DNA from: an uncultured bacterium
GTDB taxonomy: Bacteria > Krumholzibacteriota > Krumholzibacteriia > LZORAL124-64-63
DNA length: 64,000 nt
Direction: 5' to 3'
Assembly: GCA_963727525.1 (NCBI GenBank)
Contig: CAVSGO010000005.1
Location: 128,001-192,000, forward strand
In this document: positions 40,801 through 49,531 of the stretch, in pieces
How the letters are laid out: the number at the start of each line of letters is the position of its first letter
Numbering within the stretch: position 1 is the stretch's first letter
Notes under the pieces: generated by a model
Databases searched by the model: none
Seen by the model: only the letters and a program-made list of their open reading frames with translations
Told to the model about the DNA's origin: nothing
Made by a program: the position numbers and the translations under genes

Positions 40801-41428
40801 CTCGCCGGTCTTCGACCTCGCCGGTGCCGTGTCGGCGCGCGTCAGCTACTGGCGCTGGTACACGAATGATCTGGGCAACAACCCGGACAGCGACTGGTGG
40901 AACGTCGACGTGACGAACGACGGCGTCACCTGGGTGAGCCTGGAGCATACCCAGGCCTCGCTCGCGAGCTGGACGCAGTTCACGTTCGAGCTGAACGACG
41001 TCATCGCGTTCACCGACCACGTGCAGCTCCGGTTCGTGGCCGACGATGCGTCGCCCGGTTCCCTCGTGGAGGCCGGTGTCGACGACGTCCTGCTCAGCGT
41101 GGTACGCGATATCTCCACCGCCGTGGACGACGCCACACCGCTGGTGCCGGCGCACGTGACACTGGCCGGCGCACACCCCAACCCGTTCAACCCGCAGACG
41201 ACGATCGCCTTCGCGCTGCCGCGCGCGGGCAAGGTGGACCTCGCGATCTACGACCTCGCCGGCCGCCGCGTGGCCACCCTGGTGAGCGGCATGCTCACCG
41301 CCGGCCCCCACGCTGCGGTGTGGTCCGGCCGCAACGCCCAGGGCGGCGCCGTGGCCAGTGGCGTCTACGTCACCCGCCTGGTCACCGACGATGGTGCGCA
41401 AACCCGCAAGGTGATGCTCGTCAAGTAA
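37871..41428 (+). CDS. Gingipain-like C25 cysteine peptidase with propeptide, Ig-like repeats and a FlgD-Ig CTD
   Basis: G.PELP propeptide; YVLLVGD; NYCGHGS (His); SVACNNG (Cys); IFGDPSL; HPNPFNP...VMLVK. Confidence 0.93.
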   Translation: MGFGISLESAVRRAPLAVFVLAIVLAPAVASAGWVDLGGQDPVQVRLVSDDGTRSVVEITIGGFEADAVTIDGQVYYQISLPREGRSKLVGMPELPSVRRSLIIPDNAAMDVHVLQAETVDLPYPVAPSKGDLLRTVDPATVPYTLDAFYDGSDVFPATPAHLDDPYILRDYRAAVMSADVFHYLPATQTLRVTTRLVVEIAPVGPGRVNVLHEHASAGHLDAQFANLYSDRFLNYAERQRYTPMPEDGGLLIISYDAYAAYLEPLVAWKNQRGLPTRLVTLADTGPTYTDIFNYIQNAYQTTDLAYVLLVGDGQYVPKYGSDSDPCYALLAGGDNYPEIFVGRFSAESPQDVQTQVARTIAYERDTIAGDASRWLQSGTGVASDQGPGHFGEYDFQHMDNIRTDLIGFGYSTVDQIYDPSATAAMVSAALNGGRGIVNYCGHGSQTSWGTTGFSNTNVNALVNDGRLPFIFSVACNNGTFTGGTCFAEAWLRATSGGQPTGAVATYMSYISQSWDPPMYAEDEAIDLLVADQARTIGGLWFNGSCEMMDVSGATGMTEFRNWTIFGDPSLNVRTKTPGVMAVNHSGVLLIGMSDYAVDVPGMAGAACALYGNGVLYGVGATDASGHAVIAMAAPPTAPTSLTLTVSAYNQATVVEPVAVLPPDGPYLVFDAVLVSDPAGDGDGHLDYGESAGLTLSLENVGVEAATNVMAVLGSEDPQVIVVAGDATFGDIAAGGAATCAAPCAITVAGNVSDGQMLPFTLHVTADNGVWDTTFSLSVQAPILAVQEVAVDDASHGDHDGYADAGETVGLRIRIVNTGHADSGPLTGAVASANPDVDVITPAVTSAAVPAGGFTDLSGCSIAIAGSCPEPSYLTLTVDGADEIGCAVTGTFRLSVGGWYDDADDDRGWTLGLAGDTATSGDWIRAEPVGTVYNGSPVQPETDHTDDPGTLCFVTGNGTVGGAAGDADVDGGTTTLLSPVFDLAGAVSARVSYWRWYTNDLGNNPDSDWWNVDVTNDGVTWVSLEHTQASLASWTQFTFELNDVIAFTDHVQLRFVADDASPGSLVEAGVDDVLLSVVRDISTAVDDATPLVPAHVTLAGAHPNPFNPQTTIAFALPRAGKVDLAIYDLAGRRVATLVSGMLTAGPHAAVWSGRNAQGGAVASGVYVTRLVTDDGAQTRKVMLVK

Positions 41429-41456
41429 GCGCCGATGCCAGCGTGTCGACGAATAG

Positions 41457-41480
41457 GGAAGGGCCCACGAGGGCCCTTCC
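41457..41480 (+). terminator. Intrinsic terminator hairpin
   Basis: GGAAGGGCCC-ACGA-GGGCCCTTCC. Confidence 0.7.
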
Positions 41481-41504
41481 TGCGTCCTTCTTGGCACAAC
41501 GGAA

Positions 41505-41550
41505 ACAATCATGAAAAGCTGTATTGACACATACAACCTTGTGAAGTTGT
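41505..41550. promoter_or_regulatory. Operator pair 1 upstream of satD
   Basis: ACAATCATGAAAAGCTGT (41505-41522) and ACAACCTTGTGAAGTTGT (41533-41550); TTGACA lies in the spacer. Confidence 0.75.
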
Positions 41551-41598
41551 GTCTAGGCAAGACGTACCGCGCCAGCCTCAAGTGAGGAGACCACATCC

Positions 41599-42282
41599 GT
41601 GGACCACTTCTTCGGAGCCGTCATCACCGGCGACGTGAACGCCTCGTCGCGCCTGCCCAGCGAGCAGGCCCGCCGGCTCGCATCCCTGCTCGAGTCCTGC
41701 TTCACGGAAACCGCCACCGCTTTACCTGCGGCCGAACTCACGGCCTTCACGGGTTTCCGCGGCGATGGATGGCAGTTCGCATTGCGCCGACCGGAGTTCG
41801 CGATGCGCGCGGCCCTGCACTTCCGCGGTCGCTTGCTCGTACGCAGCTGGGAAGAGTTCGCACGGCGCCTTCACAGCTCGGCCGCCGTCGGCTTCGGGAC
41901 CATCGAATACCTTCCCGACGAGACGACCACATCCGGCGGTGGCGAGGCGTACGAGCGGTCGGGGCATCGGCTCGACCGGATGCACAAGCGCATGCCCGGC
42001 ATGGGCGTGGCCGCGAGCGACGCGTTCGATGCCGCATGCCTCGACGCCCTGCTCGGCGTGGTCGACGCCCTGGTCAGGCAGTGGACCGTCCATCAGGCGG
42101 CCGCTGTGTCGCTCGCGATGCAGGGATGGTCGCAGACCGAGATCGCACAGTCCTGGGATCCAACGGTGAGCCAGCAGGCGATCCACAAGCACCTTGCGGG
42201 GGCGGGCTGGCCAGCGCTCGAGCCCGCCCTGAATTGGGAAGAAACAACCTTGAAGGGCTGTTTTAGCAAAAACAACCTTTAA
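41599..42282 (+). CDS. satD: SatD-family protein (nucleotidyl-cyclase-like palm + C-terminal HTH)
   Basis: VITGDVNASS, FRGDGWQ, GEAYERSG..LD, SQTEIA...SQQAIHKHL; GAGGAG RBS; followed by DUF3307. Confidence 0.85.
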   Translation: MDHFFGAVITGDVNASSRLPSEQARRLASLLESCFTETATALPAAELTAFTGFRGDGWQFALRRPEFAMRAALHFRGRLLVRSWEEFARRLHSSAAVGFGTIEYLPDETTTSGGGEAYERSGHRLDRMHKRMPGMGVAASDAFDAACLDALLGVVDALVRQWTVHQAAAVSLAMQGWSQTEIAQSWDPTVSQQAIHKHLAGAGWPALEPALNWEETTLKGCFSKNNL

Positions 42283-42289
42283 GGGATGT
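42244..42289. promoter_or_regulatory. Operator pair 2 at the satD end, upstream of DUF3307
   Basis: ACAACCTTGAAGGGCTGT (42244-42261) and ACAACCTTTAAGGGATGT (42272-42289). Confidence 0.8.
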
Positions 42290-42303
42290 TTTTAGGAGGA
42301 ACC

Positions 42304-43128
42304 GTGTTCGACCCCACGACCCTCGCCGCCCTGGTCACGGGCCACCTGCTCGGGGACTTCGTGCTGCAGACCGACGCCCTCGCCGAGCTCAAGACCCGCA
42401 GCACGGGCTGGCTGGTCCTGCATGTGGCCGTGGTCAGTGCGGTCACGGGACTGCTGCTGGGCACGGTCGCGGCCTGGCCGTTAGTGGCCGCGCTCTTCAT
42501 GCTGCACCTCGTCATCGATCTCACCAAACGGCAATGGGGACCCGCCGGGGGCGAGAGCCGTCGTGCCGGCAATCCCGTCGCCGGCGTCGACGGCGCCCGA
42601 TACGTGCCCGGTGACGAAGCACGGCACGAAGACTCGCGCGGTTTCGCGTGGTTTGTGGCCGATCAGTTCCTGCACCTCGCCGCCCTGATCGCACTCGCGT
42701 GGGCGGCCGACGCCTTCCTGCCCGGCCTCGCGGCGCTCAACGCATGGACGCTCCAGTGGGGTGGCGGCTACACCCGCGCTCTGATCCTGGTGTCCGGCTT
42801 CGCCGCCACCGTCTGGACCCTGGGCGTGGTGTTGCGGTACCAGATGGCGGAGTTCGCCGCCGGCCTGCCCGACGAGATGGTCGGCGGACTGCCCCGCGCC
42901 GGCCGCACCGTCGGTCGCCTGGAACGCATGCTGATTTTCGTCTTCGTGCTACTCGGCCGTCCCGAGGCCGTGGGATTCGTGGTGGCGGCCAAGTCTGTGT
43001 TCCGCATCGGCGACCTCACCCGACCGGCCCAGCGCGACCATGCCGAGTACATCATGATCGGCACCCTGCGCAGCTTCGCCTACGCCCTGATCCTCGCCCT
43101 CGCAACCCGCTGGCTCGCCTTCCTCTAA
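42304..43128 (+). CDS. DUF3307 (SatE-like) membrane protein
   Basis: HLLGDFVLQ, HLVID, DQFLH, GRLER, AAKSVFR, EYIMIGTL; AGGAGG RBS before GTG 42304. Confidence 0.88.
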   Translation: MFDPTTLAALVTGHLLGDFVLQTDALAELKTRSTGWLVLHVAVVSAVTGLLLGTVAAWPLVAALFMLHLVIDLTKRQWGPAGGESRRAGNPVAGVDGARYVPGDEARHEDSRGFAWFVADQFLHLAALIALAWAADAFLPGLAALNAWTLQWGGGYTRALILVSGFAATVWTLGVVLRYQMAEFAAGLPDEMVGGLPRAGRTVGRLERMLIFVFVLLGRPEAVGFVVAAKSVFRIGDLTRPAQRDHAEYIMIGTLRSFAYALILALATRWLAFL

Positions 43129-43265
43129 GCTCGCGGAGTTCGACGGCCCGGTCCTTGCGGAAGTCTCGACCGGGTTTCCGGCCGTCCCGCGCGACGTCCC
43201 GGCCCCTCATCCAACGCGTTGCCGGGCATGGCCTTGCCACGGCCCCCCGGACCGGAAGGACATCC

Positions 43266-44198
43266 GTGAGCTACGCCCACGCTCGATATGCCCAGTCACT
43301 GGCTGATTTCGGATCACCCCGACGTCTGCCCGCGTGTGATGGCTGGGTCCTCGAGCGGACGATCCCCGGCCCCGGCGGCCGGCGGGACGCGACAGGCTGC
43401 TACCCGCTCTTCCGCTGCGCCGACTGGGGAGGTCTGCCCGACGATCTCGCGGCGTTGCGCCAGGATGGGATCGTCAGCCTCGTGCTCGTGGCCGATCCCC
43501 TGGGCGGCGCGCCGCCTGGAGGATTCGCCACCCACTTTCCCGATCTCGCCCGGCCGTGGAAGACTCACTACCTCGTGGACCTGCGCGGCGATCCCGCCGC
43601 GCTGGGTTCGGTCCACCATCGCCGCAACGCGCGTCGCGTCCTGCACCATGTCACGGTGGAGGCGTGCGGCGATCCGCCAGCACACCTCGACATATGGTGC
43701 GCCCTCTACGACGAACTCATCCGGCGCCACGAGATCCGCGGTACCGCGCGCTTCTCCCGCGACGCCTTCGCTGCGCAGCTCGCCCTACCCGGCGCCGTGT
43801 TGTTGCGGGCCGTCACCGCCGACGGGGCGACGGTCGGCATGCAGCTCTGGTTGACGGCGGGCGAGGTCGCCTGGCACCACCTTTCAGGCTACGCGCCCGC
43901 AGGCTACCACTGGGGAGGCGCGTCGTATGCCCTGATGCAAGCCGCGCTCGTGCACCTCGCTGACCGTGGTGTACGCCTCGTCGACCTCGGCGCCGGCGCC
44001 GGCCTGGCCAGCGACCCCCAAGACGGACTGACGGCTTTCAAGGCGGGTTGGTCCAACGGTACCCGACCGACCTGGCTGTGCGGCGTCGTGCTGGACCGTG
44101 GAGCCTACGCCGCCCTCACCGCCGGCCGTGCCGGCGACTATTTTCCGCTCTATCGCGTCCCATCGCGTCCGGAGGTCTCCCATGCTCACGTTGGGTGA
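43266..44198 (+). CDS. GNAT (FemAB/BioF2-like) acyltransferase
   Basis: HHLSG, LGAGAG...DGLTAFKAGW; GGAAGG RBS; overlaps the DegT-family gene. Confidence 0.8.
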   Translation: MSYAHARYAQSLADFGSPRRLPACDGWVLERTIPGPGGRRDATGCYPLFRCADWGGLPDDLAALRQDGIVSLVLVADPLGGAPPGGFATHFPDLARPWKTHYLVDLRGDPAALGSVHHRRNARRVLHHVTVEACGDPPAHLDIWCALYDELIRRHEIRGTARFSRDAFAAQLALPGAVLLRAVTADGATVGMQLWLTAGEVAWHHLSGYAPAGYHWGGASYALMQAALVHLADRGVRLVDLGAGAGLASDPQDGLTAFKAGWSNGTRPTWLCGVVLDRGAYAALTAGRAGDYFPLYRVPSRPEVSHAHVG

Positions 44199-45438
44199 TC
44201 CCGGTGCTCTCGCCGTCGCCACCGTCGCGGTGGCGCCCCGTCGCCTCGCGGTGCTGGGCGGCGAGCCGGCGTTCGCCACGCCCCTGCACGTGGGCGCCCC
44301 GAACATCGGCGACCGTGCCGCGTTGCTGCGGCGGCTGGACACCCTCTTCGTGAGCCGGCGTCTGTCCAACAACGGACCGTTCGTGCGGGAATTCGAGGCG
44401 CGCGTGGCCGCGCTGGCCGGCGTGAAGCACGCCATCGCCATGTGCAACGGCACGGTGGCGCTGGAGATCGGCGCACGGGCCCTGAACCTGTCGGGCGAGG
44501 TGATCGTGCCGGCCTTCACCTTCGTGGCCACGGCCCACGCTCTCGCATGGCAGGGCATCACACCGGTGTTCTGCGACATCGATCCCGACACGCACGCCAT
44601 CGATCCCGACCAGATCGAGGCTCTCGTCACGCCGCGCACCACGGGCATCCTCGCCGTGCACCTGTGGGGGCGCCCTGCCCCTACGGCGCGGTTGCGGGCC
44701 GTTGCCGACCGTCATGGCCTCGCGCTCATGTTCGACGCGGCCCACGCCTTCGGATGCAGCCACGAGGGACACATGATCGGGGGCTTCGGCGACCTGGAGG
44801 TCTTCAGCTTCCACGCCACCAAGTTCCTCAACACGGCCGAGGGTGGCGCCGTGGTCACCAACGACGACCGCGTCGCCGAGCGCGTGCGCCTGATGCACAA
44901 CTTCGGATTCACGGGACTCGACACGGTGGAGGCCCTCGGCGTGAACGGAAAGATGAACGAGCTATCGGCCGCCGTGGGTCTGACATCCCTCGACCACATG
45001 GACGCGTGGATCGCGATCAACCAGCGCAACAAGGCGCTGTGGGCCGAAGCGCTCGAGCCGCTGCCGGGCATCACGCTCCTGCAGTGGGGCGAGCACGAGC
45101 ACCGCAACGATCAGTACGTGGTGTGCGAGGTGGACGCCGCCGCCGCGGGCCTGACGCGCGATGACCTCGTGACGGCATTGCGCGCGGAGAACCTGCTCGC
45201 CCGCCGCTATTTCTACCCCGGCTGCCACCGCATGGAACCGTACCGATCGCAGCCGCCAGCCGGTGGCTGGCACCTACCGGCCACCGAAGGGGTGGCCTCG
45301 CGGGTGATGGTGCTGCCCACGGGAACCACCGTCACGCCCGAGTCCATCGCGCGCGCGGGTCGGCTCATGGGCGAGATCGTCGCGCAAGCATCGGACGTGA
45401 CGGCCGCCGTGGCGGCGACGGAAACGATGAACGCCTAG
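44182..45438 (+). CDS. DegT/DnrJ/EryC1 sugar aminotransferase (VioA-like)
   Basis: NNGP, FTFVAT, FDAAHAFG, FSFHATK, RRYFYP. Confidence 0.92.
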   Translation: MLTLGDPGALAVATVAVAPRRLAVLGGEPAFATPLHVGAPNIGDRAALLRRLDTLFVSRRLSNNGPFVREFEARVAALAGVKHAIAMCNGTVALEIGARALNLSGEVIVPAFTFVATAHALAWQGITPVFCDIDPDTHAIDPDQIEALVTPRTTGILAVHLWGRPAPTARLRAVADRHGLALMFDAAHAFGCSHEGHMIGGFGDLEVFSFHATKFLNTAEGGAVVTNDDRVAERVRLMHNFGFTGLDTVEALGVNGKMNELSAAVGLTSLDHMDAWIAINQRNKALWAEALEPLPGITLLQWGEHEHRNDQYVVCEVDAAAAGLTRDDLVTALRAENLLARRYFYPGCHRMEPYRSQPPAGGWHLPATEGVASRVMVLPTGTTVTPESIARAGRLMGEIVAQASDVTAAVAATETMNA

Positions 45439-46463
45439 GCGTGGACGACGCCCCGATGGGCGACCGCCTGCCACGGTCGCGCCGCGATGCGCGCGAGGAC
45501 CGCGGCGCGCTCGGCACGGATCTGCTTTTCCGCGGCGGGCACATCGGCCCAGCCCGGCTTGTCGGCGCGCTCGCGCGGCAGCAGTTCGGCCTCCAGCTCG
45601 GCCGTGGTGCGCGGGTCGTCGGTCTCGCACTCATAGCCGAACACGGCCATCGCCGGACCGCAGAGCCGCTCCACGTAGGCTGCCTCGGTAGCGTCGAGAC
45701 CGCGCTTCCATTTGCCGAAGTTGGACGCCATGACGGGCCGATCCACGTTCTTCCAGTCGTCGCTTCGGCCGGCCGCATCTTTCGCGGCAGCCGTGGTGTG
45801 GAATGCGAGCATGGCCCGATCCATGGGCAAGTCCACGGCCGCGCATGCGGCGGCGAGCTGGCTCTCAGGGTCAGCCACGAGATCCTCGTAGCGCAGCAGA
45901 TGGATGTCGCGGCCCGGATCGAGGTAGCCGAGCACCTGGATGAGCTGCTCCTGGTCTTCCTGCCACACCCGCGCCGCCCGCACGACGTCGCCCCGCAGGA
46001 TGGGCGAGCGCTTCCAGGACAGGGCCATGTCGCGCGGGTCGCGCACCATGGCCACGATCCTCAGACCAGGGAAAGCCTTCTGGACGAAGGGCAGGTAGCG
46101 GTAGAGGTGGTTCTCCTTGAGGAAGAGGCGGCTCTTGCCGGCAAACTTTGCCTCTGCCGAGAAGACCGTACGTACCAGGGCAGCGAGGCTGTGGCGCGGC
46201 GTGGCGGCGGCCAGATCCTCCGCGCTCCACGCGCACTGCCAGGCACCCACCCTGGTGGCCAGGATATCGGCTGCATCGCGACACAGTGTGCGCCAGGCGT
46301 CATCGTCGGCGAGGTTGCCGTAGCGTGGCCGGTTCTCGGCCAGGATGCGCAGGAGATGGGTGGGTGACGGCCCGCAACAATCGGGGTGCGCATCGAACAT
46401 CCGGGTGATCAGGTTCGAGCCCGATCGCTCCGAGCATATGAGAAAGATGACATCCGGAGTCAC
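45435..46463 (-). CDS. Sulfotransferase family protein
   Basis: 5'-PSB SERSGSN; 3'-PB VRDPRD..LS; RYEDLV; GGAG RBS before GTG 46463. Confidence 0.9.
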   Translation of the reverse strand: MTPDVIFLICSERSGSNLITRMFDAHPDCCGPSPTHLLRILAENRPRYGNLADDDAWRTLCRDAADILATRVGAWQCAWSAEDLAAATPRHSLAALVRTVFSAEAKFAGKSRLFLKENHLYRYLPFVQKAFPGLRIVAMVRDPRDMALSWKRSPILRGDVVRAARVWQEDQEQLIQVLGYLDPGRDIHLLRYEDLVADPESQLAAACAAVDLPMDRAMLAFHTTAAAKDAAGRSDDWKNVDRPVMASNFGKWKRGLDATEAAYVERLCGPAMAVFGYECETDDPRTTAELEAELLPRERADKPGWADVPAAEKQIRAERAAVLARIAARPWQAVAHRGVVHA

Positions 46464-46651
46464 GGCAATCTCCCGAGTGGGGTTCCCCAAGGCGGCTCGG
46501 CGACCGACGGCCGCCTCGCCCCGTGCAATGTGGCGGTGCAATGCCCGTTCCATTTCCGCGGCTCTGGGCGCCGGCCGGCTGGACATCGTCCTGGACGAAA
46601 CGTACGATGGTGACGAAAGACGGGGCCCGCAGCATCGAGAAGGGATCCTGG

Positions 46652-47041
46652 ATGCCCATCAACTTCCGCTACGACGCCTCGCGCCAGCTCGTGATCCATG
46701 TCGGCTCCGGCCCGGTGAGCCTGGCCGATATCGAGAACCTGCGCGCCCGACGCCGTCAGGCCGGAGTCCCCGCTGCCGTCCCCCACACCCTCACCGACAT
46801 GCGCCACGCGTATTTCAGCTTCGACACCGCCGCCCTCAAGGCCCACGAACAGGGGTTGCCCAAGGACGAATACGCCGGCTTCCGCCAGGCCGAGATCACC
46901 ACCGACCCCAAGACGACCGCCATCCTCATGATCTGGCGCAACTGGCTCCCCCGCGGCGTCAGCGTGGAGATCTTTTCCACGCCCGCGGCCGCCTACTGGT
47001 GGCTGGACGTCGAGCCTCACGCCGGGGATCTCGATCCGTGA
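46652..47041 (+). CDS. Small hypothetical protein (STAS/SEC14-like)
   Basis: MPINFRYD...G.V...D, LTDMR, IFST...A..WL pattern; RBS present. Confidence 0.6.
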   Translation: MPINFRYDASRQLVIHVGSGPVSLADIENLRARRRQAGVPAAVPHTLTDMRHAYFSFDTAALKAHEQGLPKDEYAGFRQAEITTDPKTTAILMIWRNWLPRGVSVEIFSTPAAAYWWLDVEPHAGDLDP

Positions 47042-47149
47042 GAGGCTCCGGCCGCCCCCGAGGAGCGGCCGCACCATGGCCCAGATCGATTTCAACAACG
47101 TGACCTTGGTCATCGTGCGCCGCTCGCGGGTCCAGGCGCAGACGGATGC

Positions 47150-49414
47150 CTACATCGCCCACGCCACCCGCAACGAGATGTCGCGGCCAGGATCCAGGGC
47201 GAAAGTCTTGTAGCGGCTCAGGAAGTCGCGGTAGGCGTGGTCGAGGAGATTGGCCACACGCAGGTCGAGACGCAGCGGGCGACCGGCGAACGTGCGTGTG
47301 ATGCCGGCCTCGAGGTGTAGGAGCACGTAGCCGGGCACAGGGACGTCGAACATCCCGAGGCGGGTCTGGCGACCGACGAGCTCGGTGACGAGACTGATGC
47401 GCGGTTGCGACGGGGCCAGGACGCGCCACGTCACGCCTACCCTTCCGCGCCGCGGTGGCATCAAGGGCAGCGGCGCGCCACTGTCGCGGTAAGAGCCACG
47501 CACGAGGTCGGCGCTGGCGTTCACGGCGACCGCGGATGTGGCCTGCACGCCGAACGTGACCTCCGCGCCGGTGAGAACGGCATCGGCTTGCTGGGCCCGG
47601 TAGTCGGCCAGGCCACCGGTGGAATCACCAGTGGCGGCCACGTGGATGAAGTCGTCGACGAGGTTGCGATACACCGACGCCTCGGCGTGGACACGCGCGA
47701 AGCGGCAGCGCACGCTGGCCTCGAGATCGAGGCTCTTCTCCGTCGTCAGTTCCGGATTGCCGTGCTCGTAGATCAGGTCGCCGATACGCGGACCGTTGGC
47801 GAACAGCTCAAAGGCGCTGGGGGCGCGCCATGCCCGGCCCACGTTGGCGGCGAGCGCCACCGAGGGTGCCACCCGGTAGACGGCGCCCAGGTCGCCCGTC
47901 ACGGCGCGGTAGGTGCGGGTCTCGTCGGCGTTGCCGACGCTGTCGTTCGCGTCAGCGTGGAGGCGTCGCGTGTCGCCGCGCGCGCCCGCCAGCAGGCTCC
48001 AGCGGCCGAGCGCGAGTTCTTCGGTGGCGAACGCCGCGCCCCACCGCACGTCGGTGTCGGGCACCAGTACCACCGGGCCACGCGAGTCGCCGTTCTGCAG
48101 CGCCCCGCTCAGGCCGAGAGTGCCGCGCAGCGATCCGCCGGCGTCGTGGTGGCCGAGCAGGTCGACCGTGGTCGTCATCAGCAGGAGATCGAAGGCGGTG
48201 GCTTCCTTTCTCTCCGCCTTGGCGGCCGGGAACTCGTCCGACAGCTCGATCAGCGAGTGACGCTGCCACTGCGTGCGCGCTTCCCACCGCCAGGCTCCGC
48301 GCTGCAGGCTGCCATCGAGTTGCACGCGGTCGTCCGCCACCATGCGCTCCGGACCCTCCTCCTGGGCGTCGTTGCCCGTGTCCATGGTCGGGCCGCCCGC
48401 CTCGAGCAGCTTGTACTCGCCCGCATAGCGCGCGTAGCGCAGGCTGGCCTGGCTATCGGCGCGCCAGAGGCCGATGGCACCCTCGCCGTTGAAGGCGCTG
48501 AAGCCCGTGTTGGGGATCTCGCCGGTCGGCGTGTGCATGTCGTCGGCGTGGCGGCCGATGCCCGCCAGGCGCCAGCCCAGGTTCTCGCGCGCACCCTCGA
48601 CGCGCACGCCGGCCCCCACCTCGGCGTTGGCGCTGCCCAGCGAGAGCTGGGCGCCCACGCGGGTGAACGGTGCCCTGCCGCGCGCGCGCGGCAGGGGTTC
48701 GGGGATGGCGTTGATCACGCCACCCAGCGCGTCGGACCCGTAGAGTACGCTGGCGGGGCCACGGATCACCTCGACACGCTGCGCGAGCGCGGCGTCGACG
48801 GGCGGACCGTCCTCGTCGCTCCAGGAGTAATCCTCGAGGCGATGCCCGTCATCGAGCACGAGCACCCGCGCCCCGGTGAGTCCGCGTACCACCGGCTTGC
48901 CGATCTGCTGCCCGGTGTCCAGGGACCGCACGCCGGCTACGTCGTCGATGGCCCGCGCCAGCGACACGCCGGGTTCGCGCCGCATCTGCTGAGGATCCAC
49001 TTCGGCGTACGGCAGCGGCGTGGTGAACGGATCGTGCAGGGTGCGCGTGGCGGTCACGGTGACGGCCGGCGAGGCGAAGGGCGTGGCTTGCAGCACGACG
49101 GTGAGCGGTCCGGGCGCCGGCACCTGCACCGTGGTCATCACGGCGCCGTACCCGGTGTGCCGCACGAGCAGCACGCAGCGGCCAGTCGGCACGTCGGCGA
49201 TGGTGAAGCCCCCCGATTCATCCGTGGTGGTCCGCAGACTCAGCCGGGGCGCGATCACGGTGGCGTCCGCGATCGGTGCGCCCTGCGCGTCGGTGACGGT
49301 GCCGGTGAGGAGCGCCAGAGAACCGGGTTCCGGAGAGCCCGGCGCAGAGAATCCTCGACCCACGATGCCGAACAGACCGACGAGAAACAACCCGATGACG
49401 ATGATGCGCGACAC
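47150..49414 (-). CDS. TonB-dependent receptor with an N-terminal carboxypeptidase-regulatory-like domain
   Basis: VTVTATR; GKPVVRGL; RVEVIRGPASVLYGSDALGGVIN; NLLDHAY...PGR; AGGAGG RBS. Confidence 0.94.
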   Translation of the reverse strand: MSRIIVIGLFLVGLFGIVGRGFSAPGSPEPGSLALLTGTVTDAQGAPIADATVIAPRLSLRTTTDESGGFTIADVPTGRCVLLVRHTGYGAVMTTVQVPAPGPLTVVLQATPFASPAVTVTATRTLHDPFTTPLPYAEVDPQQMRREPGVSLARAIDDVAGVRSLDTGQQIGKPVVRGLTGARVLVLDDGHRLEDYSWSDEDGPPVDAALAQRVEVIRGPASVLYGSDALGGVINAIPEPLPRARGRAPFTRVGAQLSLGSANAEVGAGVRVEGARENLGWRLAGIGRHADDMHTPTGEIPNTGFSAFNGEGAIGLWRADSQASLRYARYAGEYKLLEAGGPTMDTGNDAQEEGPERMVADDRVQLDGSLQRGAWRWEARTQWQRHSLIELSDEFPAAKAERKEATAFDLLLMTTTVDLLGHHDAGGSLRGTLGLSGALQNGDSRGPVVLVPDTDVRWGAAFATEELALGRWSLLAGARGDTRRLHADANDSVGNADETRTYRAVTGDLGAVYRVAPSVALAANVGRAWRAPSAFELFANGPRIGDLIYEHGNPELTTEKSLDLEASVRCRFARVHAEASVYRNLVDDFIHVAATGDSTGGLADYRAQQADAVLTGAEVTFGVQATSAVAVNASADLVRGSYRDSGAPLPLMPPRRGRVGVTWRVLAPSQPRISLVTELVGRQTRLGMFDVPVPGYVLLHLEAGITRTFAGRPLRLDLRVANLLDHAYRDFLSRYKTFALDPGRDISLRVAWAM

Positions 49415-49531
49415 GGTGCATCCTCCTGCACGTCGGGGCGATATGCGGACGCGGCCACGAAAGTAGATCGCGGCGGCGGCGCAATCAAGAAAACGTGAGG
49501 TCAGGCGCACTCGCGCGGTTCTGGACCGCGG

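Noticed and set aside
38306-41596. 1096-aa minus-strand ORF
   Set aside because: Antisense shadow of the C25 peptidase gene
41505-42289. 18-bp repeats as a CRISPR array or IS ends
   Set aside because: Only 10-bp spacers, four degenerate copies, and no cas or transposase gene
42648-43265. 5' extension of the 516-aa ORF over DUF3307
   Set aside because: Low-complexity overlap; the GNAT gene starts at GTG 43266 with an RBS
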